64,000 nt of DNA from Hydrolagus affinis (taxonomy: Eukaryota): assembly GCA_012026655.1 (NCBI GenBank), contig JAAILG010000003.1:62001-126000 (forward strand), read 5' to 3'. Below the pieces are notes generated by a model. It did not search any database and was not told where the DNA came from. It saw only the letters and a list, made by a program, of their open reading frames with translations. Position 1 is the first letter of the stretch. Each line of letters starts with the position of its first letter. The translations under genes were made by a program, and so were the position numbers. Positions 52,041 to 64,000 of this stretch are shown piece by piece.

Positions 52041-52198
52041 CTGATAAACTTGGATTCACCAGGGTCGTATAAAGACATTAAGACTTCAGCATCTTCTCCT
52101 ATTTTGCAGACAACATTCTTCAGAGTCACAAACAGACCGAAGGAAGGTGTGGCAGCAAATTTGGCTTGTCGATTTATATCAATATTTTGCTTCTGTGA
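52041..52198 (-). CDS. DOCK1: DOCK1 exon 8 (158 nt) SQKQNIDINRQAKFAATPSFGLFVTLKNVVCKIGEDAEVLMSLYDPGESKFI(S)
   Basis: ttacag|TCA acceptor, AG|gttggt donor; within ORF 51995..52213. Confidence 0.95.
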
Positions 52199-53854
52199 CT
52201 GTAAAATAAGCAAGAGTTACTTCCAAATGTGAGCAAGGGCACATTAAAACCTGCACAAAACGTAGCGATATGGATTCATGATTAATAAAATACCCAGAAA
52301 TCTTTGCCCATGGTTGCAAAAACATGCCAAACCTAAACCAGTAATACATAGTTCAGTCTCCGAGGAACTCATTCAGTTCATCAGAAAATCTGTGTAGCAA
52401 TCTAGAGTTTATTTACATAAACTATGCTAGCACAGACAGACTGGCAGACAAGACCAGAACTATCCCATGGAGATAATAAAAGATGAGGTTACATTTTTTT
52501 TAAAAGTCTTTCTTCCTTACATGAATCTGAAAAGCTTTCAATACTGTGGAGTTTAACATTACTGATCTTGCATAATGTGGCTGCAAACATTAAGTTTTCA
52601 AATTGACAGTCAGTACCCATTAAAACATCTTTTATAAAAGCATCTTGTGCAAAGTAATGGAGAATGTCACACCAGTTGTGTGGCTGTTCCTTTACAGATG
52701 GCAGATTCTTCAGAAAAGGGAGTGAAGTGAACAAATTGGAGGGGATGAGCAAAATCACAAACAAACTTTCATTGTCCCCAAGGTAGAATGCTAGTTCCAT
52801 CTACTAGGTTCATCAGTAATCAAGACCCTACGGTTGACACTTTATTTTGTAAAACAAGTCCCACTCATCACCAAACAATGAAGTAAATTCAGATTTTAGT
52901 GCATCAGCAAGGCAATTCATTATCAACTGAAAAATTAAACTGAGCAAACCTAGGTTAATTCTAGCATTTGTACAATTAATCAGGGTTGCCACATATATTA
53001 AATCATTGCAGCAATGAAGAGGATACTTAACTACTAAACTAATCAGATGGCTCAACTCTAGAGCATGCACATCGGGCAGTGACAATTAAAACAGATTTAC
53101 TGCCTCAGCAAATTTGATATCTACTGTCGAGCGGGGATTTTACAGCTCTCCAAATAAAACCTGCAATAAAAAAGGAATTAAGCCACATTGATAAAGATTT
53201 GCCCTCAAGTGCAGCTGAAAGACAAAGCAGTTTTAGCATTTGCTGAACTGGTCTAGACCTCGGGGGACAGTTTATTGGATGACTTTTTTTCCCTTGAAAG
53301 GAGTCAAGAGTTTAATAATGGGAATCCACTTGCCATACTTAGGGAAATGGCTTTAGGTGACAGCTAAGTATCTATATCTGCATGCCAACTATTCAATCTC
53401 TTTTTTCCCTCCACAAAGAAACCATCAAGCTTTATCGCAAGGCAATACGTTCCACATATCACCTCTTTGCGCAAACGTGTTAAATCTAACGCCAAATTTA
53501 ATGAATATTCTCCATTTAGATCCCTGAACTAGCCCAAATGGTCACACATTGAAGTGAACCCCAAAATGAGCAAGATATAGCCACCTTATTTCCTTATCAT
53601 CCTATGAAAAACTTTCTTAATTAAACCTGGAAAAAAAACATATTTTAGAATAAGTTTAATTCAAAAATATTATTGCACAAAATATAGTTGTCTTGATGGG
53701 GCAAACTAATATTTCAATACTGCTACTATGAGGGCCTTGATAAGGAATTGTAAAGAATATTGATGTCAGGAAATTGGATTAACTATTTTCATTTCTGCAT
53801 GCCCCAATACCAAGTATATAACTCTGATTCCCTTATTTCCAAGTGAAAATGGTT

Positions 53855-53940
53855 CATAGAAATATAGAAACAGGAATAAGCCATTCAGCTTCTCAAGTCT
53901 GTTCAGCCACTCTCTGGTAGATCACAGCTGATCTGTATCA
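53855..53940 (-). mobile_element. CR1 3' terminus
   Basis: catagaaatatagaaacaggaataagccattcagcttctcaagtctgttcagcca...gatcacagctgatct. Confidence 0.65.
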
Positions 53941-53987
53941 GTTGGAAATTTGCAGACAGCTCATCTGAAGTCAAAAAGTTGAATTAC

Positions 53988-54123
53988 CTTTTCTTCCCGT
54001 ATTCTTTCCTCTATTCGTTTTGAGGCCATCTCATGTGCTCTAAATAGACTGATGGTACTGCTTTCATCAGGGTCTAATATGTTGCCATCTTCATCTCGTA
54101 CCACCAAATCCAGATCAAGAATT
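53988..54123 (-). CDS. DOCK1: DOCK1 exon 7 (136 nt) ILDLDLVVRDEDGNILDPDESSTISLFRAHEMASKRIEERIREEK
   Basis: ttccag|A acceptor, AAG|gtaatt donor; within ORF 53961..54167. Confidence 0.95.
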
Positions 54124-56230
54124 CTGGAAATTAAATCAGAATAGCATTGTTGTGGTAATCTACTCACATAATTTTTTGCGCAAACTCATCAATTGGTCAG
54201 AAATAATGCATTATTAATCTGGATTTCTCCCATGTTGTTATTTTATTCAAAATACAGTACATAGTTATGCACATCATGTCCAGCTAAGCGCACCTTTAGC
54301 TGCTCAGGCAAGATTGTTCCTTAGAACTTCTGCTCACTTTCTGAGAAACACATGAGCATAATATTCATGTGCAACTCACAATTTATGCTTAAAATAGCTT
54401 CAGTGAGAAAGGCAACCTAGTTGAAACCCTCTTTGTTTTACAAAGACTCAACAAAAAGTAAAGAGTGTCTTTAACAATCCCAGACAACAACTTGCACTAA
54501 TTGTGCCATTGAAAGCACCCTCTGAATATTATTCAGTGAAATCAAGCATATTCTATAAGCAGGTCAAACAAACCACCACATCACAAATAATGCAACACAC
54601 AGTCCTTAAAACGAAGTCTTGGATGTTCCTAACTTTTGGAATGATCCTATGTATTCTATTGCTTTTCACTGAACACTTTCCGAAAAACCACCAAAGAGTA
54701 TTTAATCAATTTTTGTCTGTTTTCATTGTTACAACTGTTAATATGTAAATTTATTGCTGAAAGCAGCTTTTTCACACAGACATGAGATTATCCCTGTCCC
54801 CTGCATATTTCTCAAGGTTATTGTACAACTGGGATATCAGTATTCTAATAATGGTTAAAAAAATTTGCATACGTGGTTTGGAGGAAAACCTGGCTGCTAA
54901 CCATGGTCATTTGTGCTTCAATAATTATACACATTAAAGAATAGTTTTAAATAATAATAATAATCCTTGCACAAAGTAGTGTCCGACAAACAGTGATGGA
55001 TCAAGTGACAAAAAAAATTTTTAGTTACAAATATTAAAATGTAGGAATAAATTATTGATTACATTTTTTTTTAATGGTATCAATGGACTCTTTTTTGGTA
55101 ACAATTGGAAGACCTTTACTTTGGAATTCAATACATGAACATTAAGATGACATACGTTTTAAAAATCAACCAGCAAAATGGTAAACAATCAATGAAATAG
55201 CACAAACTATGCAAATAGTCCGACTTTGCATGAGGTGCCAAAATATTCACAATACACCAACACTTAATTCTTGGCTCCATGTTCATTCCTTTCACCCAAA
55301 TAGTGAATCCTTCATTCATATTGAGTGTGCACCTGTTGGGACATGATCTGCACTTGTCTCCAATCAAAATGTTTGATGATGAAATGTTTTCTGGAAAATC
55401 CAAAGCCTTGAAAACTCAAATAGCTCAGGAAATTTCTTATAATGCTGCCAGTTCAGATTTCAAAACCACTGCATTGTGAGAGAATTATATTCAGAATTAT
55501 AGATGGAATGCCAAATAATCTATCTTGTTTCTTTACTTGTCTTTATTTAAAACTGACCTACTTTGTACCACTCCATTCCTAATCTTGAGAACTATCCATT
55601 CTACCACCATCTCACTTTATTCTGTTATGGTTATTTTTATGCTGGAATGCGTCAGTTATAATCACCAACCTTAATATACCCACACATTTATGAAAGGATT
55701 GTTTTGACGTTTTAAAATGTTCAACGGCGGCCAGTGGGTTATTAATTCAAAAAGTATTGCAATCACCGTTGAATGAATGTTTTGGTACACTATCCCTGCA
55801 TGGTTGATTAAAATGGAAGAGAAGCAAATACTCTCCTGTTTTAAGTACTCTCATTGCTATATCCTCCCTGAGGACATTCACATCAACAAAAAATCTGAGG
55901 AATAATGATTAAAGCACAACAATTACAACTTGCATTTATACAGCACCTTTCGTGCAGGGCAACATCTCGGATCACTAGCCAATCTTTTTCAAAAACGAGT
56001 AGAATTCCATTCCATACACAGCAATTCTATTATTTTTTGAACAAAATTGCACGTGGTTATGAAACTAACACTCATGTCAGCCTCTTGCATTTCCTTATCT
56101 TGTTAAAAGCTCAATGATGAGGCAATCACACTTCAAACTTCCACAAACAATCCTAAAGAACCATATCGTTCATTTGAAGTAATAATTGTTCAGTTGAATT
56201 AGCACATTAATTGAACACAGTCAAACAGAC

Positions 56231-56379
56231 CTGTTGCCATAATCTATCTTGGCAGTGACTTTCTGCTTCAGTTCCTTCAGCTCATCTTGCGGGAGTGTTC
56301 CAGAAAGTATCTGTGATCGCCACTCAATAAGATCGTACATCATATGTCTAACCCGGAAGAACATCTCTCGGTTGTCATT
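56231..56379 (-). CDS. DOCK1: DOCK1 exon 6 (149 nt) [49 protein letters not shown](R)
   Basis: tttcag|AAT acceptor, AG|gtctgt donor; within ORF 56221..56409. Confidence 0.95.
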
Positions 56380-56944
56380 CTGAAATAAGAGATGTAGATG
56401 TGCTTGCATAAAACTTCAAAAACACATTTAAAGGAAACAAGCAATACATTCGGTGAAAGGTGGTAAAGGTGCTGCAATTTATATTTAGATGACTTAATTT
56501 GTAGAAGTCCAGAGTTGCCCTGCCTCAATGTAAAATTGTGAAGGGGTTTATATGCAAGATTTTAGCAGCATGGAATGACAACTCACCTCAATACATCCGA
56601 TATTGTAGCTAGGAAACATCATGCCCAGCAGAAACTACTGTCATTTCTTACTAGTGCAAAGATAGGGAAGGGACAGAATATCCAATTTGTTTGTTGTTAC
56701 TAAGCAAGGAATTGGAAAGTACTACATGAAAGCAATCCAGTAAGGAGCTGCAAAGAAGTTCAGAACAAGCAATGCATTCAGAATTCAAACTGAAAATACA
56801 TCCTTCACAATGTTGAACAGCATGTAAACCTACAGAGGAGGTCTGGATAATGCACAAACACTGGAAGAAAAAGAAACAATGGATATAAAGAAAAATCCTC
56901 ACTCCCTTCACTTTACGGTAATAAGCCCTTAAAAAATCCACGAA

Positions 56945-57072
56945 TGTTTGTGGGACAATGCTTTGCACAATTGGCTGCCTCGTTTCACCCACAAAAGTAG
57001 TTTCTGTGAAGAGTTTTGAGAAGTCTGAAAACATGATATGGTGCTATATCAAATGCAAGGCTTATTATTATT
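56945..57072 (+). mobile_element. SINE 3' portion
   Basis: tgtttgtgggacaatgctttgcacaattggctgcc...gctatatcaaatgcaaggcttattattatt. Confidence 0.85.
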
Positions 57073-57230
57073 AAAAGGAAAATACAACCAACGGTAGTTT
57101 CTAATACTCTACAAATGACAAATCAAAACTTCCTGCATCTTCTCCAAAAATCATAAGCATCCACAAGATCATTTTAATGCAACAAGTGCACTCCAAATTA
57201 TCTTGGAATGCAAATGCCAGACACTCTGAT

Positions 57231-57290
57231 AATAATAATCCTTTCATTTTGATATAGTGCTTTTCACATCATCTAGATGTACTGTGGAAG
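57231..57290 (-). mobile_element. SINE tail fragment
   Basis: aataataatcctttcattttgatatagtgcttttcacatcatctagatgt is the reverse complement of the common tail. Confidence 0.75.
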
Positions 57291-57364
57291 GTGTTACCTC
57301 TCTTACTTTTGAGGGTTTTGCAAAGAAAAATAAAGACCAAAACATTTCAGAAAATACAAGATTA

Positions 57365-57795
57365 TGTGTTCCAAGCCCATATGTCGGGGCTTTGAATTCA
57401 ACAACAACTACAACAACAACTTCAATTTATATAGTGCCCTCCACGCTGGACGGCGTCTCGGACCAGATGGATAACTCCAACACAATAGTTGAAGGAGCGT
57501 TGCTTTGTCAGAGTTGCTGCACTTTCAGATGAGACCTTAACCCAAAGTCACACCCCTGCCTGTTCGGGCATACATTAAAGATCTTGCAACACAAAATGGG
57601 AAGGTAGTTTTCTCTGATGTCCTGAGGGACAATCCCACAGGATACATTTGTTATGTGTATATAACCCTATTAGTGAGACATTTCTGTATGCAAATTGTCA
57701 ACTTGTGTACATGTATAGTCAATACACTTTACAGTAAAACAGAAATATGTTGAGATGTTTCAAAGTTATAAGGGCTGTAGCAAATGTAATTATCA
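57365..57795 (+). mobile_element. Decayed Deu-domain SINE interrupted by a ~60-bp minus-strand L2 tail (~57400-57461)
   Basis: Flanks align to the 48450-48520 copy; insert is (caa)n-cttcaatttatatagtgccctccacgctggacggcgtctcgg. Confidence 0.65.
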
Positions 57796-57884
57796 GCAAC
57801 AATATATTGCATTGGAGTATCGCTAAATCAGCATAGAATCAGCATAGAAATAAGACTCATCATAAGATAGTTTGTTTTACTTAC

Positions 57885-57981
57885 CACATATAATTGTCGC
57901 CATATGGCAGACCATTCCCGTAGGGTTGTTGTGACTTCCTGAACCAGTGGAAGCTCATTTGGGATAACCGTTTCATGTTGC
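57885..57981 (-). CDS. DOCK1: DOCK1 exon 5 (97 nt) [32 protein letters not shown]
   Basis: ttcaag|G acceptor, GTG|gtaagt donor; phase continuous with exon 4. Confidence 0.95.
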
Positions 57982-58614
57982 CTTGAAGAAAATAAAAATC
58001 AGTACATTTATATTCATACTTCCCTTTTGTTTTGAACTCCTAACGTCTTCATTCATCTTCAAGAATGTTAAAATGAGTTAAAATGTTTAAAAAATTTGGA
58101 TAAATTTAAAGCGACGCTTCCAAATATCCCTAGTCGGATTCCAAACCACGACGGACATACTTAATAGCATTGCCATATGGTAACCTTGAATTTTCACAGC
58201 AGCACCATGGACTAAAATCAGATAAATACTACCTCTAGAGGCTATGGACTCCACATCCCAACTGCAATAAAACAGTGGGCACAAACACTCATTCTTCACA
58301 ACTGGATGTGCAAATATTGAACCCTGCCAGTAACCAGAAATATATCATGCTGGAGTGCATTGCATCAAAGCAGCTTTCCCATCACCAGTTGGCTTCCATA
58401 TTTGTGAATCCAGTTGCAAATGTCATGCTTTTGATCTCAGTTGACACCAAAGGTCCACAATCCTCATTTGCAGGTCACAATATTGTGTATGTGTGTGTGT
58501 GTGTGGGGGGGGAGCGAAAAAACTGTAATTCTTGATTACTGGCTGTATAGACCTGACTAAATCACAGAAATGCACATTAGTCAGGAAAACTGTTGCAAAT
58601 CACAACATTTTACA

Positions 58615-58682
58615 GACATTTATGGAATGGCGGAACAGACTTGAGGGTATGAATAAGCCTACTCCTGTTTTCATGTGTCTGA
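58615..58682 (+). mobile_element. CR1 3' terminus
   Basis: gaatggcggaacagacttgagggtatgaataagcctactcctgttttcatgt. Confidence 0.65.
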
Positions 58683-59222
58683 GCTTGGAGATGCACAATT
58701 CTTTAGCTGATCCAGCTATTGGAGAATCTGCCCCAGTACCAGGACTTAAGCCTTTCAAATACATTTTTGCAATACAAGTGCAGCCTGAACTGTTGATGCT
58801 GTGACTGATAAATTCAAGTCACGGATCGTTCATCACAGTATACTAAGTGTGTGCATCCATTACAGATAATGTAATGGGGGAAAAAAGTGATTCACAGGCA
58901 ATAAAGTATTACTATGAAAAACTGACAGGAAACTTTAGAATACAGAACACTGAATGAATATGGGAAATCTCACTATATTAGCTGTTTATGGATACATTGA
59001 TAGAACAAACAACTATAGATGGAATAAAAAACTTTAAAACCATAAAAAGCCTTTCCTACAATGTTTCAATTAGTTTTGGTTGCCTTCATTGTTAAACATA
59101 AACCAATTGATTTTTTTTAATGTTTTGTAATATAGTAGTTCAGGGGTGGAAAATGGTCTCTTTTTAAAACAAAACTGACACAAACCTACATAGGAAACAC
59201 CAGATAACTCATCACTTTGAAG

Positions 59223-59491
59223 CAGTGGTTCCCAACCTTTTTTTGCTGTGACTCTAAATTGGCCACCAACAGTCCCTCCCGACCCTTAGGGAGACTGCGG
59301 GACTGAAGCGAAGCTCAGTCAAGGCGTTATCTTCTTTTCTTTTGTGGACTCAGCGCAACTCACTAGTATGATCTTTCATGCAAATTGGTCGGTGGTGTCG
59401 CCTCGGGCACTTTTCAGCATTTTTTTTTTCTTCGCGACCCTACTGAGGACCTCCGCCACTCTGATTTGGGACCCGAAGTTGGGAACCACTG
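59223..59491. mobile_element. hAT (Charlie-like) MITE, 269 bp
   Basis: TIRs CAGTGGTTCCCAACCT / CAGTGGTTCCCAACTT; 8-bp TSD CTTTGAAG / CTTTAAAG. Confidence 0.92.
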
Positions 59492-59616
59492 CTTTAAAGG
59501 GAAATGGGCTTAGATGTAATTTATCCTGAGTGGCGAGTTAGGCACAAGTCTTCCCGGGCCACAAGGGGATGCTATAATGCAGTAAATGGTGGAGTCACTC
59601 AAAAGAGATTGAGTGT

Positions 59617-59730
59617 GCATGCTCAGATGCATCACAAAGCCCTCGGTCTATCGCCCGGTAGAGGCGATGGAGGTATCGGAGCAGTCCTCCAATAATAGAT
59701 CAGGTACCTTTGCGATGCACCTGAGCATGC
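59617..59730. repeat. Inverted repeat with 23-bp arms and structured interior
   Basis: GCATGCTCAGATGCATCACAAAG (59617-59639) vs CTTTGCGATGCACCTGAGCATGC (59708-59730): 21/23 complementary. Confidence 0.85.
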
Positions 59731-62700
59731 GATCCCAACCACCGTTGAGCGAGCGCCTGCAACAGTCGTAGGATAGGACAAGAGGCTTATGCGATGCAAA
59801 ACACCATCTTTTTAGACGAATTCCTATAGTGCATCAAGTTACGTGTTAAGTGAAATGTGTCAGGTACAATAAAGTCACTCACTAATATTTTTCATGGAAA
59901 GCAACCAGGATATTGACAGGATTAAGTGACAGTGACACGTTAAGCCAGGGTTGAGTTATCCAGAATTTATTGCATTTACACTTGGACAAAATTTGTTTTG
60001 ACATCATCTACATTTAGATTGGTGCCGCTGGTTTGTGACAGTCTGTTTGAAACTTTGTGCTTGTCCTTTGCTATTCATGACTTGAAGTACTCATTCAATG
60101 AGTGCAGTTTAATAGATGCCTTTGGTAATATGATCAGCATCATTAATAGTCAGACAATAGCAATACTGAGGCTGTAACCTCATAGCAAACAGGAATATGC
60201 ATAAACAAAATTGGCCACAGAGAGAGTTGACCAAATCCAAAGCCACACATATGGTTGCATTCTAGTATAACAAAATATGCAGCTGCCATTTTATTTTTTC
60301 ATATTTAAAAGATACACAAATTTTTAGAAATCAACAATTTCAAAGTTTCCCTCTCCACATGATGTGGCACTGCAAATAAAGTCCGCCATCGGTCACTCAT
60401 CTCCTTGGAGACTGCTGAACACATTTATAGTATTGATGGCACATCTGACCAATCAAATTGATTATATGTTGTGTATCGTGGGTGCAATATCATGTTGTTG
60501 CTTTATGACTGGTGAAACGGAACTACCAGTGAGTATTAAACCGGTATGCAAATTTATAGATTGTAGTTTTGGAAGAAAGATTGGATCAAGTCCTTCAATT
60601 TGCAATATGAAAATGGACTAGATTGAAACAGAAAGTGGTGACAGTGAGAGTAATTTGAGATAGCAAATTAAAAGAGCTACACAAAATAAAAGTGTAATTC
60701 TTCCATAATGAAGACTAAATATGCCTCGCGACAGCAGGCATTTATTTCAAAAATTCATAACTGAAAATAGATTTCCAATAGCTCCCAATTGTTCTAAAAC
60801 AAATCTGGAAAAATATATTTGCACTGACTTTTCACAAAACATTATTGCCTCCAAGTTATAAAATAACTGACACTACATTGCTAAACAATAAACTAATTCA
60901 TTTACAAAAGGGATGGTATTACCTTAAACATACTTCTAACAACTTGAATTCTGAACTAACAATTCCCCCCCACCCCCATATGATCTTCCTAAATCTAACA
61001 GTCCACTGATTGATATTTATCTAGATCCAAGACCTCACTGCTGTCAGGAACATATACACCAATACACAAACACAATTTAGCCACCTAAATTTCAGGGCAT
61101 GAAGTTGGAAAAAGAAATCCCTCATTAAAAAAAAACTTGAACGCATATATGATTACGAAAGAAGTTTTAAGATTCTTCTGCAATCGTAGAAAACGTAATT
61201 CAGCCCACAATCTCAAAGCACATGCATTTCACTTACAAATACGCAAGCAATCATCGCCAATTGACAAATGATTTTGAACCGAATATCGGTATTGCACAAT
61301 GTTAATGCTAAGAATCATTCACGTAAACATTACTATTTCAATGAAAATAAAATTGAGCATACATGCAACCGTTGTCATGGCCTTCCTTTCTGTGAATAAA
61401 AAAAATTACAGGTCACCACAGAAACAAGTGCATCAGGTGATGCAATTTCTACTACACTTTTCCTAAGGCACCCAAAATGGACTAAGGATTATTTCTGTTT
61501 GATACCATTCTGTAAAGATATTACAGTTAACATGTTATTTTTCCCCAGTTTAGAACCAGGTAATTAGGTGAGCAGTATGTTATTTATTGCCTGCCTACAT
61601 AATTTCTTCCAGAAGAACTTTACTGGCATTCAATGGGTGAAGGCAAAGAGCCATCAGCACCAAATCGCAAAGGAATCCTATATCAACAGTTAATCAATTT
61701 ATGCCTCGCGTCATATGAAGCTGTGCTTTATGATTATCTCAAGTTCACATAGTTATTTATACATAATTGCAGAGCACATTTTGTGCAATTGCATAGAAAG
61801 TCAACAGCCTCTTCAGGGAACTGAGGTCAATCATTTCAACACTGTGAGTAAGACAGAGCTAAATAGATATACCGGTTTAAAAATACTGAAGGTGGTACAA
61901 TACTTATTTGTGTTCATATACACATTGCAAAGCATGAAACATTCCATTATATTTCTACCAATAAATAGCACTATTCTTGAACCAAAGCCTTGAATTTTTT
62001 TGTGTGTGTATGTAATTTTGTCAATACTTTTCAACAATTTACAACGGAACATACAATGAAATGGTGCGAGATAAGAAACAAGTCAGACTGCTCCTATTGT
62101 TTAGCGTTGTGCTGTTCATTCCTTTTATTTCACAACGAGTCACAGTATAAGATTGCAATCAAAATGACCATTGGATAGCTGTGCTCCATCAAAAGTATAT
62201 TTTGTCCATAGGAACTAATTTACAATTTAGAAACTATGCTGGGGAAAGGTTGATGCGAAAAGAATTCAAGAATCAGTAGCTAAGTGTTTGTGTTTGTAAA
62301 AATTCTGAGGCTGATGGAAGATGGATTATATATAGAACATTTAAATTTAAGTGGGAGCCAATGATTTTCAGTCTCTACACCCCGAGAAAGAATGAAAATA
62401 GGAAATTCACAAGTTTTGTAAAGATAAAGGAAACAAAAGTGCATACGAAGATGTGTTTGGAGCTTGAGAAGGCCGAGAGTGAAATGCTCTCAGTTCCAAT
62501 AAAATTCATAAATGTGTGGAAATGGGAGAAAGATGACTCTAGACTCAGATGTGTTTTGTGTATTCAGAAATTAAGACAAGTGCTTGAAGGCTCTCATGAA
62601 ATGGCTACTGTACTCAAATCTTGAAAAGTTAAGAATTAAGGTGAGGGGGTGGGGAGGGGCAAGGAGAAAGAAAAAAAATGTTTGTTCAAAACAATCCGTT

Positions 62701-63626
62701 ATTAATGGGAGAAGTCTAAGATTTCTTCCACAATTACAGCAAACACACATTTTAGATGATTAAATCAGTTGAGATCTACATTGAAAAAGATCAATGTGGG
62801 GATGTAATTAGCAATGTCTAATATAGGCAATTACATGAAAAAAATACTGCAGCTGCTCCACAAATCCCAAGACTCTCCCACTAGAATGCTGCTTTTAGTC
62901 TCTGACGAACCAATGTCCACAAACATTGTTTTACAGTATTACTCCTTAAATTTTACCCTAAGATTCTTTTTTTTAAAAATAAGGCTGCTTCTGGGAATAT
63001 ACCTATCCAGTTTATAGTGAAGGATAATGCCACAAAGTTTTGAGCATTGTACAGTGTAGGTTTGAAGCAGCACACAATCCTTATTCTTTGCCCGCAAAAC
63101 AAAGTGACTTTGGTCGCTGCAAACAGTTTGACATTTTTCATTTCTCACATCATCCATTGTGCCCTTTGTGAACTCAGCAGTCAATTTGGTGCTAAAATTC
63201 TAAGAAGTTCTGCACTATAAGCCACACACTGAACAGTACTGAAACTGTCCAAACTCATTTCATCAACATAGGAGAACTTCATCCCTTCAGCTCTGGTGCA
63301 AAATTATAGGAAAATACGCTAACTTACTGTGCTTAGGTTCTAATAGGTACAGTTAAAATCATAAACAACTTGGCAACTCATCTATACTTTATGTATACAA
63401 TATTCACCTTTATGTGGTCAGTATCACTTAATTTGCATTTCTACACAAAACATATCCTTTGTAGTTCAACTTTCAAACCTCAAAAAGATATGACATCATT
63501 ATTGCAGCTAGGGGTGTGTGCTCCAACAAATGACATAACAACAACTGACAGGATTTCAATGTTTTATAATGAAAGTCAATTCTAACCACACAAAACATTG
63601 TTACGTGTTTGGATTGTATAACTCAC

Positions 63627-63682
63627 CCTTTGCCTTCGACAGTTGCTTCCTTCAGGTGAATATACGAAGCAGGAAAAATACC
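63627..63682 (-). CDS. DOCK1: DOCK1 exon 4 (56 nt) GIFPASYIHLKEATVEGK(G), end of SH3 domain
   Basis: ttttag|GGT acceptor, GG|gtgagt donor; translation matches DOCK1; missed by the ORF track. Confidence 0.95.
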
Positions 63683-64000
63683 CTAAAAACAAAAATATCT
63701 TAATCAGAAGAGACGTTTTATCACCTCTTAATTTAAATGATACTTCAAAAAATTGTTGGGATCTGTGCTTGGAGAATACATAATATCTAGCCTTTGAAAA
63801 CAAATTGCAGTTGTCTCCATCCATATACATGAATGTGATCATTAACAAACCAAGACATCAAATTAATCAAACGTCAGAGTAAATGCTTCAAAGCTGCAGT
63901 GAGACAATTTCATCATGGCACTTTGAACGAAAACGTACTTTCTCCAAAAAGACAGCAATTTACAAAGACAGATATTTCAGTAACTCTTGATGGTTGCTTG

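Larger units (their letters stand above)
6754..63682 (-). other. DOCK1: DOCK1 (dedicator of cytokinesis 1 / DOCK180) gene, partial: exons 4-26; gene continues beyond both window edges
   Basis: 23 GT-AG exons with consistent phases join into a 2517-nt (or 2580-nt) open frame. The translation is highly similar to remembered human DOCK1 (~aa 58-896), including DOCK1-type segments such as SQKQNIDINRQAKFAATPS. Confidence 0.96.

Noticed and set aside
6754-63682. Assignment to paralogues DOCK2 or DOCK5
   Set aside because: Diagnostic stretches ([50 protein letters not shown]) match DOCK1 as I recall it; a phylogeny would confirm.

Overview
AT-rich vertebrate genomic DNA, most likely a cartilaginous fish (inferred from the SINE/L2/CR1/Penelope repertoire; a chimaera is my best guess). 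The window lies entirely inside one minus-strand gene, DOCK1 (DOCK180, a Rac GEF). I mapped 23 consecutive GT-AG exons by hand, from 63682 down to 6754 (exons 4-26 by recalled human numbering). They splice in frame to 839 codons, or 860 with an alternative upstream acceptor in exon 12, and run from the end of the SH3 domain through the ELMO-binding helical region and DHR-1 into the ARM-like region. Introns hold tRNA-derived and Deu-domain SINEs, L2 and CR1 LINE 3' fragments, three MITEs with clear terminal inverted repeats, a Penelope-like fragment and one 100-N gap. Most ORFs in the supplied track are noise or read through exons or LINEs. I see no clearly new biological system. The best leads are the dual-acceptor exon 12 with a 177-nt AG-free zone upstream, a sense-oriented minimal hammerhead ribozyme in intron 22, an unexplained branched hairpin at 59617-59730, and relics resembling AmnSINE2 and LF-SINE. 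Repeat family names come from remembered consensus sequences, not database searches.
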